The notes under the pieces were generated by a model. The model was not told the origin of the DNA. It was given only the letters and a program-made list of their open reading frames with translations, and made no database searches. A program made the position numbers and the translations under genes. This document shows, in pieces, positions 12,318 through 25,252 of a stretch of DNA of 64,000 nucleotides (the first letter of the stretch is position 1; every line of letters starts with the position of its first letter). Source of the DNA: Octopus sinensis (taxonomy: Eukaryota); NCBI RefSeq assembly GCF_006345805.1, contig NC_043009.1:4898001-4962000 (forward strand), written 5' to 3'.

Positions 12318-12550
12318 TATGTGTATGTATGTGTATATATATATATGTGTGTATGTCTTTGTGTTTGTACCACCATCACCCTTGACAACCCTTGTCGGTG
12401 TGTTTACGCTCCCGTAACTGAGTCGTAAAAATAAGTACTGGGCGTCAAAAATTACGTCCTGGGATCGATTTGTTCGATTAAAACTCTTCAAGGCAGGGCT
12501 CCAGCGTGCCTGCACTCAAATGACTGAAATAAGTAAAAGAATAAAAGAAT
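10788..12550 (+). mobile_element. SINE family A split by a maT transposon (halves about 10788-10955 and 12242-12550)
   Basis: Head and gaaagacgcccgtcgtat before the transposon; the TA/TG tract and the gactgaaataagtaaaaga tail resume after it. Confidence 0.8.
10982..12241 (+). mobile_element. Tc1/mariner transposon, maT (DD37D)-like, full length but defective
   Basis: TIRs cagagtgcgtaagatatttgagg (23 bp identical, about 31 bp with 2 mismatches); TA at both ends; transposase pieces IWFFSDEENFDQDQN..RNDRWL and WLPNSPDLNPLDYYMWSIVE broken by stops and frameshifts. Confidence 0.9.
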
Positions 12551-13511
12551 TTATACATACTTTTATATATATAATATAAATACCCAGTTGTGTATGCATC
12601 TGTAAGTAGTGTATTTAAACGTCGATTTTTTCGAAGTGAATATGAGACAGGGAACTATACACGCACCCATATGCACAGTCCCAGACACAGCACACATTCT
12701 ATACACCGTACCGTGCGCACAACGACCTGAAAATATTTTATTAAAATAGAGCCGTGAACATGTGATATATTGTAAACTTTTCAATAGTTTGTTAAGCGCC
12801 ATAATATCAGACATTTCCTACGACGTTCTAAACTATGAACAGCAATCTATATTTAAGCTTCAGTACATTCGTTTGTTTCATCAATTATCTTGCTTTTAGA
12901 ATTTCTGTTGTCTGTAGGTTTCGCCTAATCAACACTATGCAAAAGTCTGCGAGCACTTCTGTTGCATATCTTCCTGCAACAATTGAAATTGATGAGGTGC
13001 TCGCTTGTTTCACTTCTTGGCATTTCTTCAAGCAAACGAGACACTCTTTATGTAGTCGCTCGGACTGTTGATTAGACAAACTAGTGTCCCGTATACAAAA
13101 GACAAGGTGGTCATAGTAGGAGAGTCTTTGGTCAGGGGTTTTGCTTGTTCAAGGCTGATGAGCGGCTAATCACAAACATAATTTACAGTACTCTAAACTT
13201 TCTTTGCATGAAACAACTTTCAAGAGAAAATCATACAAGTAAACCATTTGAGTAAAACATTTTTGCTCTTTAAATTTTCATAAAAACGTCTCAGAACACT
13301 AAAATATCAGGATTTATTAAGAATCTAGAAGATCGATTTCTGGAATATTTTTGCTAAAATTGTAGTGCTTTCATTCGGTTAGTTTAAATGAAATAATTTC
13401 ACACCCAGTACTAACCAATCTGGATTCACAGTACCGGTTATTCTATTCATCCTTTCGATCTTTGAATACAAAACATGGCTCGCGAATCCTCTGTTCGGGT
13501 AGTGTCCTGAG

Positions 13512-13741
13512 ATTTCTTTACTACCCACAAGGGGCTAAACACAGAGGGGACGAACAAGGACAGACAAACGGATTAAGTCGATCATATCGACCCCAGTGCG
13601 TAACTGGTACTTATTTAATCGACCCCGAAAGGATGAAAGGCAAAGTCGACCTCGGCGGAACTTGAACTCAGAACGTAGCGCCAGACGAAATACTACTAAG
13701 CATTTCGCCCGGCGTGCTAACGTTTCTGCCAGGTCGCCGCT
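13512..13741 (-). mobile_element. SINE family B
   Basis: Reverse complement of the family B unit; a degraded second unit extends to about 13420. Confidence 0.85.
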
Positions 13742-13979
13742 TTGAGATACCGTCTCACACTTGGACGTCAATCCGTCAAATGGTTATCAATTTACAGCTG
13801 AGTGATAAAATGCAACCCACCACAACCATTTGCATGTTCGGTTATCGGCGACTAAACCGGTAATCCCGCGAAGATTGATTGATGAGGAGGAAAATGTATT
13901 TGGACATCCTGCGAGACGGAAGGTAAAACTTGTCAAAGGGTGGAGAAACTCAACAGAGTCAACAGCTCAATAATGTGTA

Positions 13980-14150
13980 AGGGCACGTGGTCTAATGGCG
14001 AAGGTAGTCAACGTGTTGTACTCATAATAGCAAGATCGAGGTTTCGATTTCTTGACCAGCTCTACGTTGTATTCTTGAAGAAAAACATTTCCGTGTGTTT
14101 TCGACCAACTGAATGGCCTATTTGAAGAGGTGTAGCTAATGACGTTTCCG
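13980..14150 (+). mobile_element. degenerate tRNA-derived SINE
   Basis: gggcacgtggtctaatgg A-box-like and gaggtttcgatttc B-box-like motifs. Confidence 0.45.
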
Positions 14151-16399
14151 AGGTCAGCAGTTACGGACATAAAAGCTGTTTTGAAATTTGATTCTGGTTT
14201 AAAACCTGCGGGCTAAACAAATATTAAAATCTGAAATATTTCTGCTCTTGTTGGTTACAACTAGTTTTGGTCAGTAATCAGGCACTGCTGTATATCAGAG
14301 GTTACTGTAAAAGATCTTCACTTATTCTGAGGAATATCTTTGTAATTATACTGAAAAATTTAAATATGTGTTAAATAAGAGTAAAAATGTATTATTCAAA
14401 TATACAAATACTACAATGTAAAAATATTTTGCTGATACACGTATGAACTGTGACTCAAAGCGAATAACTACATTATCTAATGATCTCTTCTTTTCTGTCC
14501 AGAGCAGCATTTAAAATTCGTTTAAAGTTCTTAAGTTTCATTTAAAGAAGACAGTCGTGTGTTGAAGGTGAAAAATGACCGGTGTGTGGTGTAACTCACA
14601 AATATACAAGTATGTTAAAATTTAAGTAAGTATTCGTCATTAATGTTCGAAATAAAGAAAGCAGAATTACTTGGATTCTGGGCTACCTAACATCCCACCA
14701 CAAAAAAAAATAAAATAAAACGATAGAATGTAAATTATAAATGCAGTATAATGCCGCCTGGTAAGCAACTGGAATCCAAGATGAGCGAGATAGATGTAAG
14801 GATGAAAGAGAAAAGTGAGCAAGAGGGATTCAAATCAAAAATATTCCAAGAATTTTCAGAAGCAAGCGAAGGACAAAAGAAAAAGAAATCTCTCTTCGAA
14901 GACCAAGTAAGAATTATCGGGAAATATAAACAAGAAACGAAACAATTTGTTAATTGACTGGGCTATACCGCATTTAACTTACTAATACTAGCAAAAGCAA
15001 GTACATTCCTGAGGATAAGTAGGCATTATTATGCATACGTATCTTAGATTTACTGTTCGTATTTTCCATACCTCTTATTTTTCGACATCGCTGTATTTGT
15101 TTCTACTCTATCGCTTTCATCCTTCCTTCCTTCCTTCCTTCTTTCCTTCCTTCCTTCCAGTTATAATATTCCGTCTTCTATGGCCGAGGTGTTTATTTTC
15201 CACAACGGCTAACATTTCGTATATTACCAATACTTTTCATGTATTTTTCTTTCCAAGATTTTTCACAATAAATGTGGAGATAAACCGCATGGGGAAATCA
15301 CTCATTTTTACCATTTAAAAGCTATGCACATCAACGGAAACGGAAATGGTTTATGTTTTCAATATATCAATCTGTAATGGTGGGAATGAATTATGGAATG
15401 ACTATTGTCACTGCAACCCGAAACTATTAGTAACCACGGTGGAGAATCTTTGCTTTCTATAACGTCCTATATTACATACACGCATACCTGTGTTTTACAA
15501 ACACATACACATATGTGTGTGTATGAATATATGTATATACGTATGTAAGTATATGTATATACGCATAACTATGTTCATATATATTTCAACATATATTCAC
15601 ACATAATCACACACTCGGATAGATATATTTATATGCATAAAATATGTATATTGATACGCGTGCATAAACAGATGCACACATACACTGACATACGTGTATG
15701 TATATATATTTATGCATATGCATATGTATATATGTACACATACACAGGCGCACAGATACAAACACACATATACACATGTACCTATATATACATATATACA
15801 AACTAAACCCTTCGATTTCACCATCAATATTTCCCTACACACATCTATAAAATTTGCTTAAACAATTCCTATTATTGAGAAAATAGCCCTAGAGTTACGG
15901 ACTCGAAAAAGAGAGTGATACGTATATATGATGAACAAAATATAATAAACAGCGCACAGCATATTAGAGCACACAGATGAAATAAAAAAAATAAATAAAA
16001 GTATTTGATCAATATTAAGGCTGACCGATTTGAGGTAGTTTTTACGTTATCTTATCTTCCCGATATCTCATTTCGATTTAGACTCTCTATATTCATGAGT
16101 ATTTGTGATACTAAAAACAAAATTTTAAAAATATTATATATAAAAATTATATCTAAAAAAATATAGTACTATATGTATATAATTGAACAAATATGGATTC
16201 ATATAAGTACACGTATAGTCAGATATGTATATGCACATACGTATATAGACGCTCACGAAAGTAATTACATATCTGTATTATGGGAGCAAAAATGAAGAGG
16301 AGAGAGAGAAAGAGAGACAGAGAGGAGAGGAGAGTCAGTGAGGGAAAGTGAGAGAGAATGAAGGAAAGAAAGGGAAAAAGAGGGGGATAGAGAAATAGT

Positions 16400-16463
16400 G
16401 AATAAGAAAGAAAGAAATCCATGCAGTCACACATACACACACATGTATGTATGTATGTATATA

Positions 16464-16502
<39 letters not shown>

Positions 16503-16545
16503 TGCCTACGTGTATATACATATACATATATATGCATATATATAT

Positions 16546-16601
<56 letters not shown>

Positions 16602-16860
16602 TATATATATTATATATATATAAATCTATATATATATATAATATATATATATATATACATGTATATATATCTGTGTGTGTATGTGCATCTCTCTCTATCT
16701 CTCTCTCTCTCTCTATATAATATATATATACACAATATATATATATATACACACATATATATATATACATGATAGATACATGCATACATATATGCATACA
16801 TACGTACACCCACACATACATAATACATAAAAACATACATACATATACACGTACATATAA
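16400..16860. repeat. (TA)n-rich compound microsatellite
   Basis: Long TA/TATG/CA/TC arrays. Confidence 0.95.
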
Positions 16861-17645
16861 TTCACTAGCAAAAATTGTGTTCGCGAATAGAGTAATATGA
16901 AGGCACTATAACTGCCTTCGCATTGTTCACAAAGCGTAGAATTATTTTATCTAGTGTGTATTTAAGCATCTTCCTTTTATTATTTTCGATTTTTTTTTCA
17001 CTTCAAGAGGTTCTTGCCCTTTTTATTCATATTCTATTTTATTCACATGAATGTACTTATTTAATATTTTTTGTTTCTTTATGTATATTTCATTGAGTTC
17101 TACTGATGAAATATACAAAATAACAAGTGCCAGATCTGGTCAGAGTAATTTAAGGAGATATAATATGTGCCTATTTGGTTCCTGCCACTTTCTTCACGAT
17201 ATTAATATGTAAGGTAAAGCAGGAACCCATGAATATCTCTGTGTTATTTTCTTTTACGCGTTGCTATATTTGATAGCCAATTGTGGATATAACCATATGA
17301 AAAGAAAAAAAAATTCTTATATTGTTTTGTCTTTCCTTTCTTCTTGTCGAAAATCTTTCAAACTGTTTCGTTTAAACGAATGTGTTAATATGTTGTATAC
17401 CATTCCGTTGAAGATGTATATATGCATACACATACGTACATATATATTTGTACATACATAAAGATTTTATACATACATGCATACATACACAAACACACAC
17501 ACACAAACACATATACGCACACGCGAGCACACACATTCATATACGTATACGTAAAGTGAAAGAAATAGATACGCAGTTAGAATGTTACATATACACAGGC
17601 ACACACAGACACACACACATACACACGCACAAACACACACACACA

Positions 17646-17694
<49 letters not shown>

Positions 17695-18150
17695 CAGAAA
17701 CATAGATAGATAGATAGACTGACACTTAGGCAGCCAGAGAAGTAGATAGATATAGAGACATGCAGACAGACAAACTGGTAAAGAAGGGGATAGATATATA
17801 GGTAGATAGAAAGATAGATAGATAGATATATGGATAGATAGTTGAAATATTGCTTTGTTGCAGATCTTAAAATCTTGTAACGAGTTAAACCATTTTCCAG
17901 TGATGTTCCCCAAGAATGATGGCAGTTAACATTCTGTGGAAATTTTTTTGTAACGTTGAAGTGAGTTGCTACGGATGGCCATGGTACCACATTCTTCGAA
18001 ACTACGCAACATTTCCATGATACAGTCATATTTTTCTATCTCCGCCTCACCGTATCTCCTTTCTCTATGACTATCTATCTATCTATCTATCTATCTATAT
18101 CTATCTATCTATCTATCTATATCTATCTATCTATCTATCTATTTATCTAC

Positions 18151-19758
18151 GAAGCTGTGACAGGCAAAATCAACCGGGAAAAGTCAGTGGGGCTTGCGGC
18201 TCGGCACCTGGAGAAGCAAACCCTTGCCGTCCACCAGTACCTCCGTCGTGGGACGCTGGACAGACGGCCCGGTTGAGTTGCTCGGGGTCTGGGTTCGGTC
18301 CGGACCTCCAAATGGAGAAGAACTGGAACGAGATAACGATAGGGTGGTCACTCTCGCCCAGCAATGGGCCGAGAGGAAACTGTCCCTAAAGGTCGGGTGG
18401 CGGAGGTGTGACGCGTACATCGCGTCCATCATCTACTACCGCCTGACCGTCGTACCTTGTCCCGACCCTACCATCACCAAACTAGAACGCATCCTCTTCC
18501 CCTTCTTGTGAAAGGATGCGTCCCGATGGTCAGGCGATCCATTTGCTGTCAACACCCGTTAAAAGGAGGGCTGGGCATGCCGTGGTTGATGATGCGCAGA
18601 CACGCGCTGAGACTGCGACATCTCCGGCTCTATGTAGACGACGGTGAACAGGTGTGGTCGCCGTTTTGGTGAGCATGCATTCCCGCAACTCGTCTCCATG
18701 ACCGAACTACAGTCGTGGATCAAAAAGAGGCCGAAGAAGGGCGAATGGCCCGCGAGTGTCGCGTTGCTCTCAAGCAACTCTGCCGTCCCGGGTCGACCTT
18801 GAGTGACTTCAACACAACCAAGCATTCTATAGGGATTAGTGGAGGGAGGTACGACACGAGCTCGGGGCAAACCTGGCGTCGACGAGGAATACCTGACCCG
18901 CCTGTTTCAAACGACTTTCGGCCCGGGACCTATGGACAACTTCCTCCAAGATCCCTGGCCTGGCGGTGCTACCGAGAAGCGCTACCCGTTCGGGATAACT
19001 CTATAGGCATGGCTCGAGAAACACGGGGCCGACCTGCCCGAGATGCGGGCAAGCGACGAAACCGCTCTGCACGCAATCGTGCAGTGTCCAGCAATTTCCA
19101 CCTGTGGCTTATGTCGAACGACTGCTGTCACGTGTGGGACGTGTCGGTTTATCAGCCGAGTCTATCGTTAATATCGTCACGCCTCCTTCCTTCAAACGGG
19201 AAGGAAGAGCTATTTTTATCATACTTGTGGCTATGGCGAAAGAATGTATCTGGTGGACGCGTCTGAAAGGATTAGAGACAAACACTTTCCTCTCTGGTCA
19301 ATCTCTCATCAACTTCTTCAAGTATCACCTGAAGAAAAAAAGTGAGAGTAGAGAGGCAAGTTTTGTCTAGTGATGTGTTTAAAAAAAAGATGGGTGAATG
19401 TAGCAAGGATGGCACGTATGAATGACGAAGCCACCTTGACTATGATTCTATGAACCGTAAAATTAATACAGAGAGTTGCTTATTTGCAAAAAAAAAAAAA
19501 GAAATATAACATGTGACTTCATTGACCGAGGTTACCGTGGTCTTTCGTAGGCTTTTCTTTCCACGGGTAAACTCACTGTCCTTCCTCCCCTTTACACTTC
19601 ATATGACATTCTGTGATAACGATCCCTATTGATCAATTTTTTTCCTCTCCCCTTTTTTTTACCCCCCCCCCCTTTTTTACCCCCCCCCCCTTTTTTGTCC
19701 TCCTCCTTTTACGATCCCTTTTGATCGACCCCCCCCTTTTTATTTTATTTATTTTTTA

Positions 19759-19828
<70 letters not shown>

Positions 19829-19919
19829 TTTTTTTTTTTTTTTTAAACCTTCAAAAGAAAAGCTCTACCTTGTAATTTGTTCTATCTGTGTGCAGCCCTG
19901 TGTGGCTAATAAAGAAACA
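18151..19919 (+). mobile_element. 5'-truncated Tx1-type (L1 superfamily) LINE with 15 bp TSD in a (TATC)n array
   Basis: Frameshifted ORF2 C-terminal part: YEAVTGKINREKSVGL, QQWAERKLSLK, YIASIIYYRLTVVPCP, QHPLKGGLGMP, LAWRCYREALPVRD, AKECIWWTRLKG. Long 3' UTR ending aataaagaaaca. TSD tatctatttatctac at 18136-18150 and 19920-19934. Confidence 0.88.
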
Positions 19920-20014
19920 TATCTATTTATCTACCTATCTATCAATCTATCTCTATAGATAGATATATACACACCTATATTTGTATACATACGCATGTAT
20001 GTATGTATTCTCCG

Positions 20015-20084
<70 letters not shown>

Positions 20085-20765
20085 TATTATTATCATCATA
20101 TATACACGAGTGAATAGACAAACGAAAGAAGGGCACTTTGCCAATTTATTGGGAGGTACATGTTTGGAACAAAACAGTTTGATTCAAATTCATTGGTACT
20201 CTTGAGTTTCAAGTGTTATGCTTGTCGTCAACCATTTTGAATTTGAATGACAGAAGATGAGTGTGTAGTTTCTTAATCAAAACAGTGCCTATATTGACAT
20301 CATGAGAATTTATGAAATATTGAGTGAACGTAAAACAATTCTATTTTTTTGGCAGTGGTATTCGGATCACAGGAAGTTATAGGATGTAAATATTGGGCTG
20401 GAAAACTATTTTGTATAGAAAAATTCAAGGCTGCTCCTGGGATTGAATTCCACCACATCTGTAAACAAGAGAGACGTTCTCTCATTGGTTCGCAGCAATC
20501 TTTCATATCTCTCTATCTATTTTTATAATTTTATTCAACGAGGACTGTATGTTTTTGACGTCATTAGAATTTATAATGTTTCGGAAGAACGTGAACTAAT
20601 TCTGTATTGAAAGAGACTACATTGAACGACATACAGCGATAAATAATAGCATGTGTTTAATGGGTTGAAAAATACTTTTGAATATAAAGATTCGAAGGCT
20701 GTCCGTGGGACTCGAGCTGACATCCCTAGTTATGTTACGCATACTCCAAATATAAGTGGCAAGTA

Positions 20766-21151
20766 TGGAAGCACTCCGTCGGTTACGACGACGAGGGTTC
20801 CGGTTGATCCGAATCAACGGAACATCCTGCTCGTGAAATTAACGTGTAAGTGGCTGAGCACTCCACAGACACGTGTACCCTTAACGTAGTTCTCGGGGAT
20901 ATTCAGCGTGACACAGAGAGTGACAAGGCCGGTCCTTTGAAATACAGGTACAACAGAAACAGGAAGTAAGAGTGAGAGAAAGTTGGGGCGAAAGAGTACA
21001 GCAGGGATCACCACCCTCCCCTGCCGGAGCCTCGTGGAGCTTTTTTAGGTGTTTTCGCTCAATAAACACTCACAACGCCCGGTCTGGGAATCGAAACCGC
21101 GATCCTGCGACCGCGAGTCCGCTGCCCTAACCACTGAGCCATTGCGCCTCC
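20766..21151 (-). mobile_element. tRNA-derived SINE (family D) with long tail
   Basis: Reverse-complement head ggaggcgcaatggctcagtggttagggcagcggactcg...ggtttcgattcccagacc; the head-side part is shared with 45505-45783. Confidence 0.8.
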
Positions 21152-21826
21152 ACAGTGGCAAGTATAATATTGCAAAACTGCGTACAGAAATTCGAAGATC
21201 TGGTTTGGTTCGCCGGTAAAACACCTGCAACATTTGTGAGAGATCTGGTTTCATGCTCTACGTCCAATATTCTCCTTTTTCACTCCAATATTTACGCGCT
21301 GTGAGGCGGCGAACTGGCAGAATCGTTACTGCGCCGGACAAAATGCTTAGTGATATTTCTTCACGTTCTCTGTTCATATTCAATTTATTCTTTCCTCCGC
21401 ACTTGTTTTCGTGTTAAAATTCAAATTCAATACTTGTTATTATTTTGTTTTGTACTTATGACTTTATGCGTTTCGAGATGCACAGTTCCATAAATGAATT
21501 ATATGTTTTGTTTATGTATGTGAGTCAGTGTGGAAGCGTTGGAAGTTCCGCAGGGTATGCGTTCCATAAAATGCTTTTTATTAAATTGGTTTATATTCGA
21601 CGTGAGAGTGCCAAGAGAAAGTAACTTTTAATGGCTATTCCTTTGTAAGTAGACTAAGTACCTATTACAAGGACACGAGATTTACTGGAAACACTCTTGA
21701 CACTTTGTTCAAATTACACATTATATTCTTAACACACACACACACACACACATATATATACATATGCATACATATATTTCTATATCTATCTATATATACA
21801 TACATACATACATACATATACATACA

Positions 21827-21859
<33 letters not shown>

Positions 21860-22039
21860 GTATATATATATATATATATTGGTGCACGGAACATGAGCGG
21901 GCCTATGGCTTTTAGAACGTTTATAAACCCAGACCGGTAAGAATGAAAGTAGAAGAATATAAAGAACTGCCAAAAAAAATTAAATAAAAACTTTTATAGG
22001 AAACAAATTCTAAAATCTACGACGCGATTTACCAAAATA

Positions 22040-23420
22040 TTCCTTCACAATAGGATGAGGAAGCCTTCATTTGATTAGACAACCGAGTAGAAGAATGCGG
22101 ATCCAAGGATGAAAACTGAAATTGTGATGTAGAAATAGTACGTGCTTGACAAAAATAACGACTTTACAGGAACAATTACTATCAAATTACCAATATACAA
22201 TACGTAACAGAAATTACACTACAAGAAGTGAGGGATACGGTATACAGAATTAGACAACACAGTACCAGTTGTCTTTAAAGCCAAGCATGCAATACAATCC
22301 TTTCTACTTACTACTTTTACTAAAATGTACGCACAGAGCAAAGATTAAGCCCTTGGCATACTATACGTTTTTTTTTTTTAAAGGCAAGATGTTAGGATTT
22401 TAACTAGTAGAGTGTCTTATATCATTGTTCTACTTGAGAAAAACTAACGGGTATTAAGCAGAAACAGCAAATTTGTATTCTGCTTTTAGCAAAGAAACAA
22501 GTATTATTTCAAAATGTTTTAAAAAATTTAAGAAATAGCAGAGCACAAAAGCTAATAAAATTCTTCCTGTGAAAATACTTAAAATAGTTAATAACTTGTT
22601 TTATAACAGAAATAACAAGACTACATGAAGGAGTCCTAACTCGTAAATATTCCACGAGATCGATGACATCACAACAAATAAAAATATTTAAAAACATTGA
22701 GTTATTTAACGAAGTTAAAGTTAGAGATCGCAAAATGTCAGAGACAAGCTCCAAGTCGACCAGCAAAAGGAAGGAAAGAAACCCTTTCACTACAAGAACA
22801 AACCAATTTGAATCGCCAGGAGCCAAATTTCTTTTTCTAACCTGAATTTAACGCCGTAATAACTAAACAACATACAGAAATTGACGATGTTGAAGCATTC
22901 AGTAACAATCTAGTAAAAACTCTTACTGATTTAGCTGAAGGCTGCAGCGAAACACATGATCAAAAAAGTAACAATATTAACTTAGTAAACTCGAGATCTG
23001 ATGAAGAAACAAAAAAGTAAAGAAAAACTGAAAACTCCAATTAAACTTAACTAGAGAAAAGGTAGAACGGAAGAAATGTGTTAACAGAGAAATCGAATGC
23101 AATCAGAATACATTTGAAATTACATCATGGAAACAGGTTAACAATGTAAATTATTTAAAAGTTTTCAAAAAATGAAATAGACTAAATGGAAACGCAAATG
23201 GCAGCATTAAAAGAATGCAGAACTAAGGCTGAAAGCTGAAATAGTGATGTAGAAATAGTACGTGTTTGACAAAAATAACGACCTTACAGGGAAAATATTA
23301 TGAAACTACCATTACACAATATGTAACAGAAATTACACTACAAGAAGTGAGGGATACGGTATACATAATTAGACAACACAGTACCAGATGTCTGTAAACG
23401 TACAGTGTAAGGCAATGTTA
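22040..23420 (+). mobile_element. decayed RTE-clade LINE fragments
   Basis: From about 22578: LKIVNNLFYNRNNKTT*RSPNS*IFHEIDDITTNK then IFKNIELFNEVKVRDRKMS, matching the RTE endonuclease C-terminal pattern NTFF..W.WRSPN..NEIDYI; then TRDLMKK and TEITLQEVRD linker-like pieces. Confidence 0.65.
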
Positions 23421-24247
23421 AGGCACCTTGCCAAGTTTTTTGCTGCTTACCGCAAGGGTGGTAAAATGCATAAATCTTGGCACAATCGAATTGAAACTCT
23501 ACTGTACAAAAGAGCAAAGATTTGGAGAGCAACGATTGATTTATAAGCATTCTAATGGTTATACACAAGTTCTATGCGCTGATCCTAACGAATGCAACTG
23601 GCAAAAATTCGGACGAAAATTCTCGTATGAACATGTCGGTTTTCTCAGTGATTTTTTAAATTTTTCCATCATTCTCCACGTACGCGCCATCAATATTTGA
23701 TCGAAAAATCGACAGGATATTACACCTCAATCTTTGCAAGCTAAAAAAATGCGTTTGTACTTGTAATACCACCCCTAATGACAGTCTATCACATCATTCA
23801 TCATGCGACTTCAACAACTAAATGAGTGGGTAAATGACCATTGCAGCATGACAGCAGATATTATTCTTTAAATGTAGGTTGAGAGACTGTTCTCGGTTGT
23901 TTTAACGCTCCAAGATAAGCATTTTCTGCTGTACTCTTCTAGTTCATACTGATGTATGCGTAGACATGTACAGCCCAAACGAACGTATGTACAAACGCAT
24001 ACACGTACATAAATGTACACACAGAACATAAGTACATACACATATGTACATGCACATTGATATAGAAATATGCATACAAAACAGATTTATACACATACAT
24101 GGATATACACATACACACTCATATTTGTGTGTATCGTGTGTGTGTGAGCGTGTGTGTGTGTGTGTGTGTGTGTGAGTGTGTGAACGTGCACAAGTATGAC
24201 TATTATCTACGTGGAAGAATCTATTTATGATGCATTACTTTTTCGGT

Positions 24248-24655
24248 TAAGGCGGCGAGCTTGGCAGAAACGTTAGCACGCCGGACGAAATGCTTTGTGG
24301 TATTTCGTCCGCCGCTGCGTTCTGAGTTCAAATTCCGCCGAGGTGCACTTTACCTTTTGTCCATTCGGGTTCGATTAAATAAGTACCAGTTACGCACTGC
24401 GATCGATCTAATCGACTTAATCCGTTTGTCTGTCCTTGTTTGTCCCCTCTATGTTTAGCCCTTTGTGGGTAGTAAAGAAATGGGTATTTCGTTCTGTCGC
24501 TACGTTTTGAGTTCAAATTCCGCCGTGGTCGACTTTGCCTTTCGTCCTTTCGGAGTCGGTAAATTAAGCACCATTTGCGTACTGGGGGTCGATATAATCC
24601 ACTTACCCCTCCCCACAAATATCAGGCCTTGTGCCTACAGCAGGAAGGATTATTC
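24248..24655 (+). mobile_element. SINE family B, dimeric form
   Basis: taaggcggcgagc head, full unit, junction gtaaagaaatggg|tatttcg, headless second unit. Confidence 0.88.
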
Positions 24656-24848
24656 TTTTCGGTTATATGTAAATCTCGCACTCCACAAAACATTGTAAGT
24701 TTTCACAAAATATGCCAAAAAAATGATCTCTTTTTCAATGACAATATTTATTGGCTATGATGTAAGCATAAGTAGTGAATATTGTTTTCAAATTTTGGTA
24801 CAAGGCCAGCTATTTCGAGGGTAAGCCAATTAGATCTAACCATTCGCT

Positions 24849-25000
24849 CCCAGTGCTTAGCTGATTCTTATTTTATGAAATATCCAAAGAACGAAAGGGT
24901 AAAATCGACTTCGGCAGAATTTGAACTCAGAACCTAAAACGGTGAAATGCTACTGAGCATTTTACCCGGCGTGCTAAACGCTCTGTCAGTTGGCCGCCTT
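24849..25000 (-). mobile_element. SINE family B, degenerate
   Basis: gaatttgaactcagaac...ggccgcctta is the reverse complement of the head. Confidence 0.7.
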
Positions 25001-25041
25001 ATAAGTACTGAGTACTGTAGTAATCATGTCTATAGAGGAAG

Positions 25042-25252
25042 GCGGCTAGCTGGCAGAAAAGTTAGCATTCCGGGCGAAATGCTTAGCGGCATTTCGTCTT
25101 TACGTTTTGTGTTCAAATTCCGCTGAGGTCGACTTTGCCTTTCATTCATTTGGGATCCATAAATTAAGTACCAGTTGTATACTGAGATCGATCTAATCGA
25201 CTGGCCCCTCCCCCCAAGTTTCGGGCCTTGTGCAAAGAGTAGAAAAAGAATA
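25042..25252 (+). mobile_element. SINE family B, monomer variant
   Basis: ggcggctagctggcagaaa head; gttcaaattcc; cgggccttgtgc...agtagaaaa tail. Confidence 0.8.
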
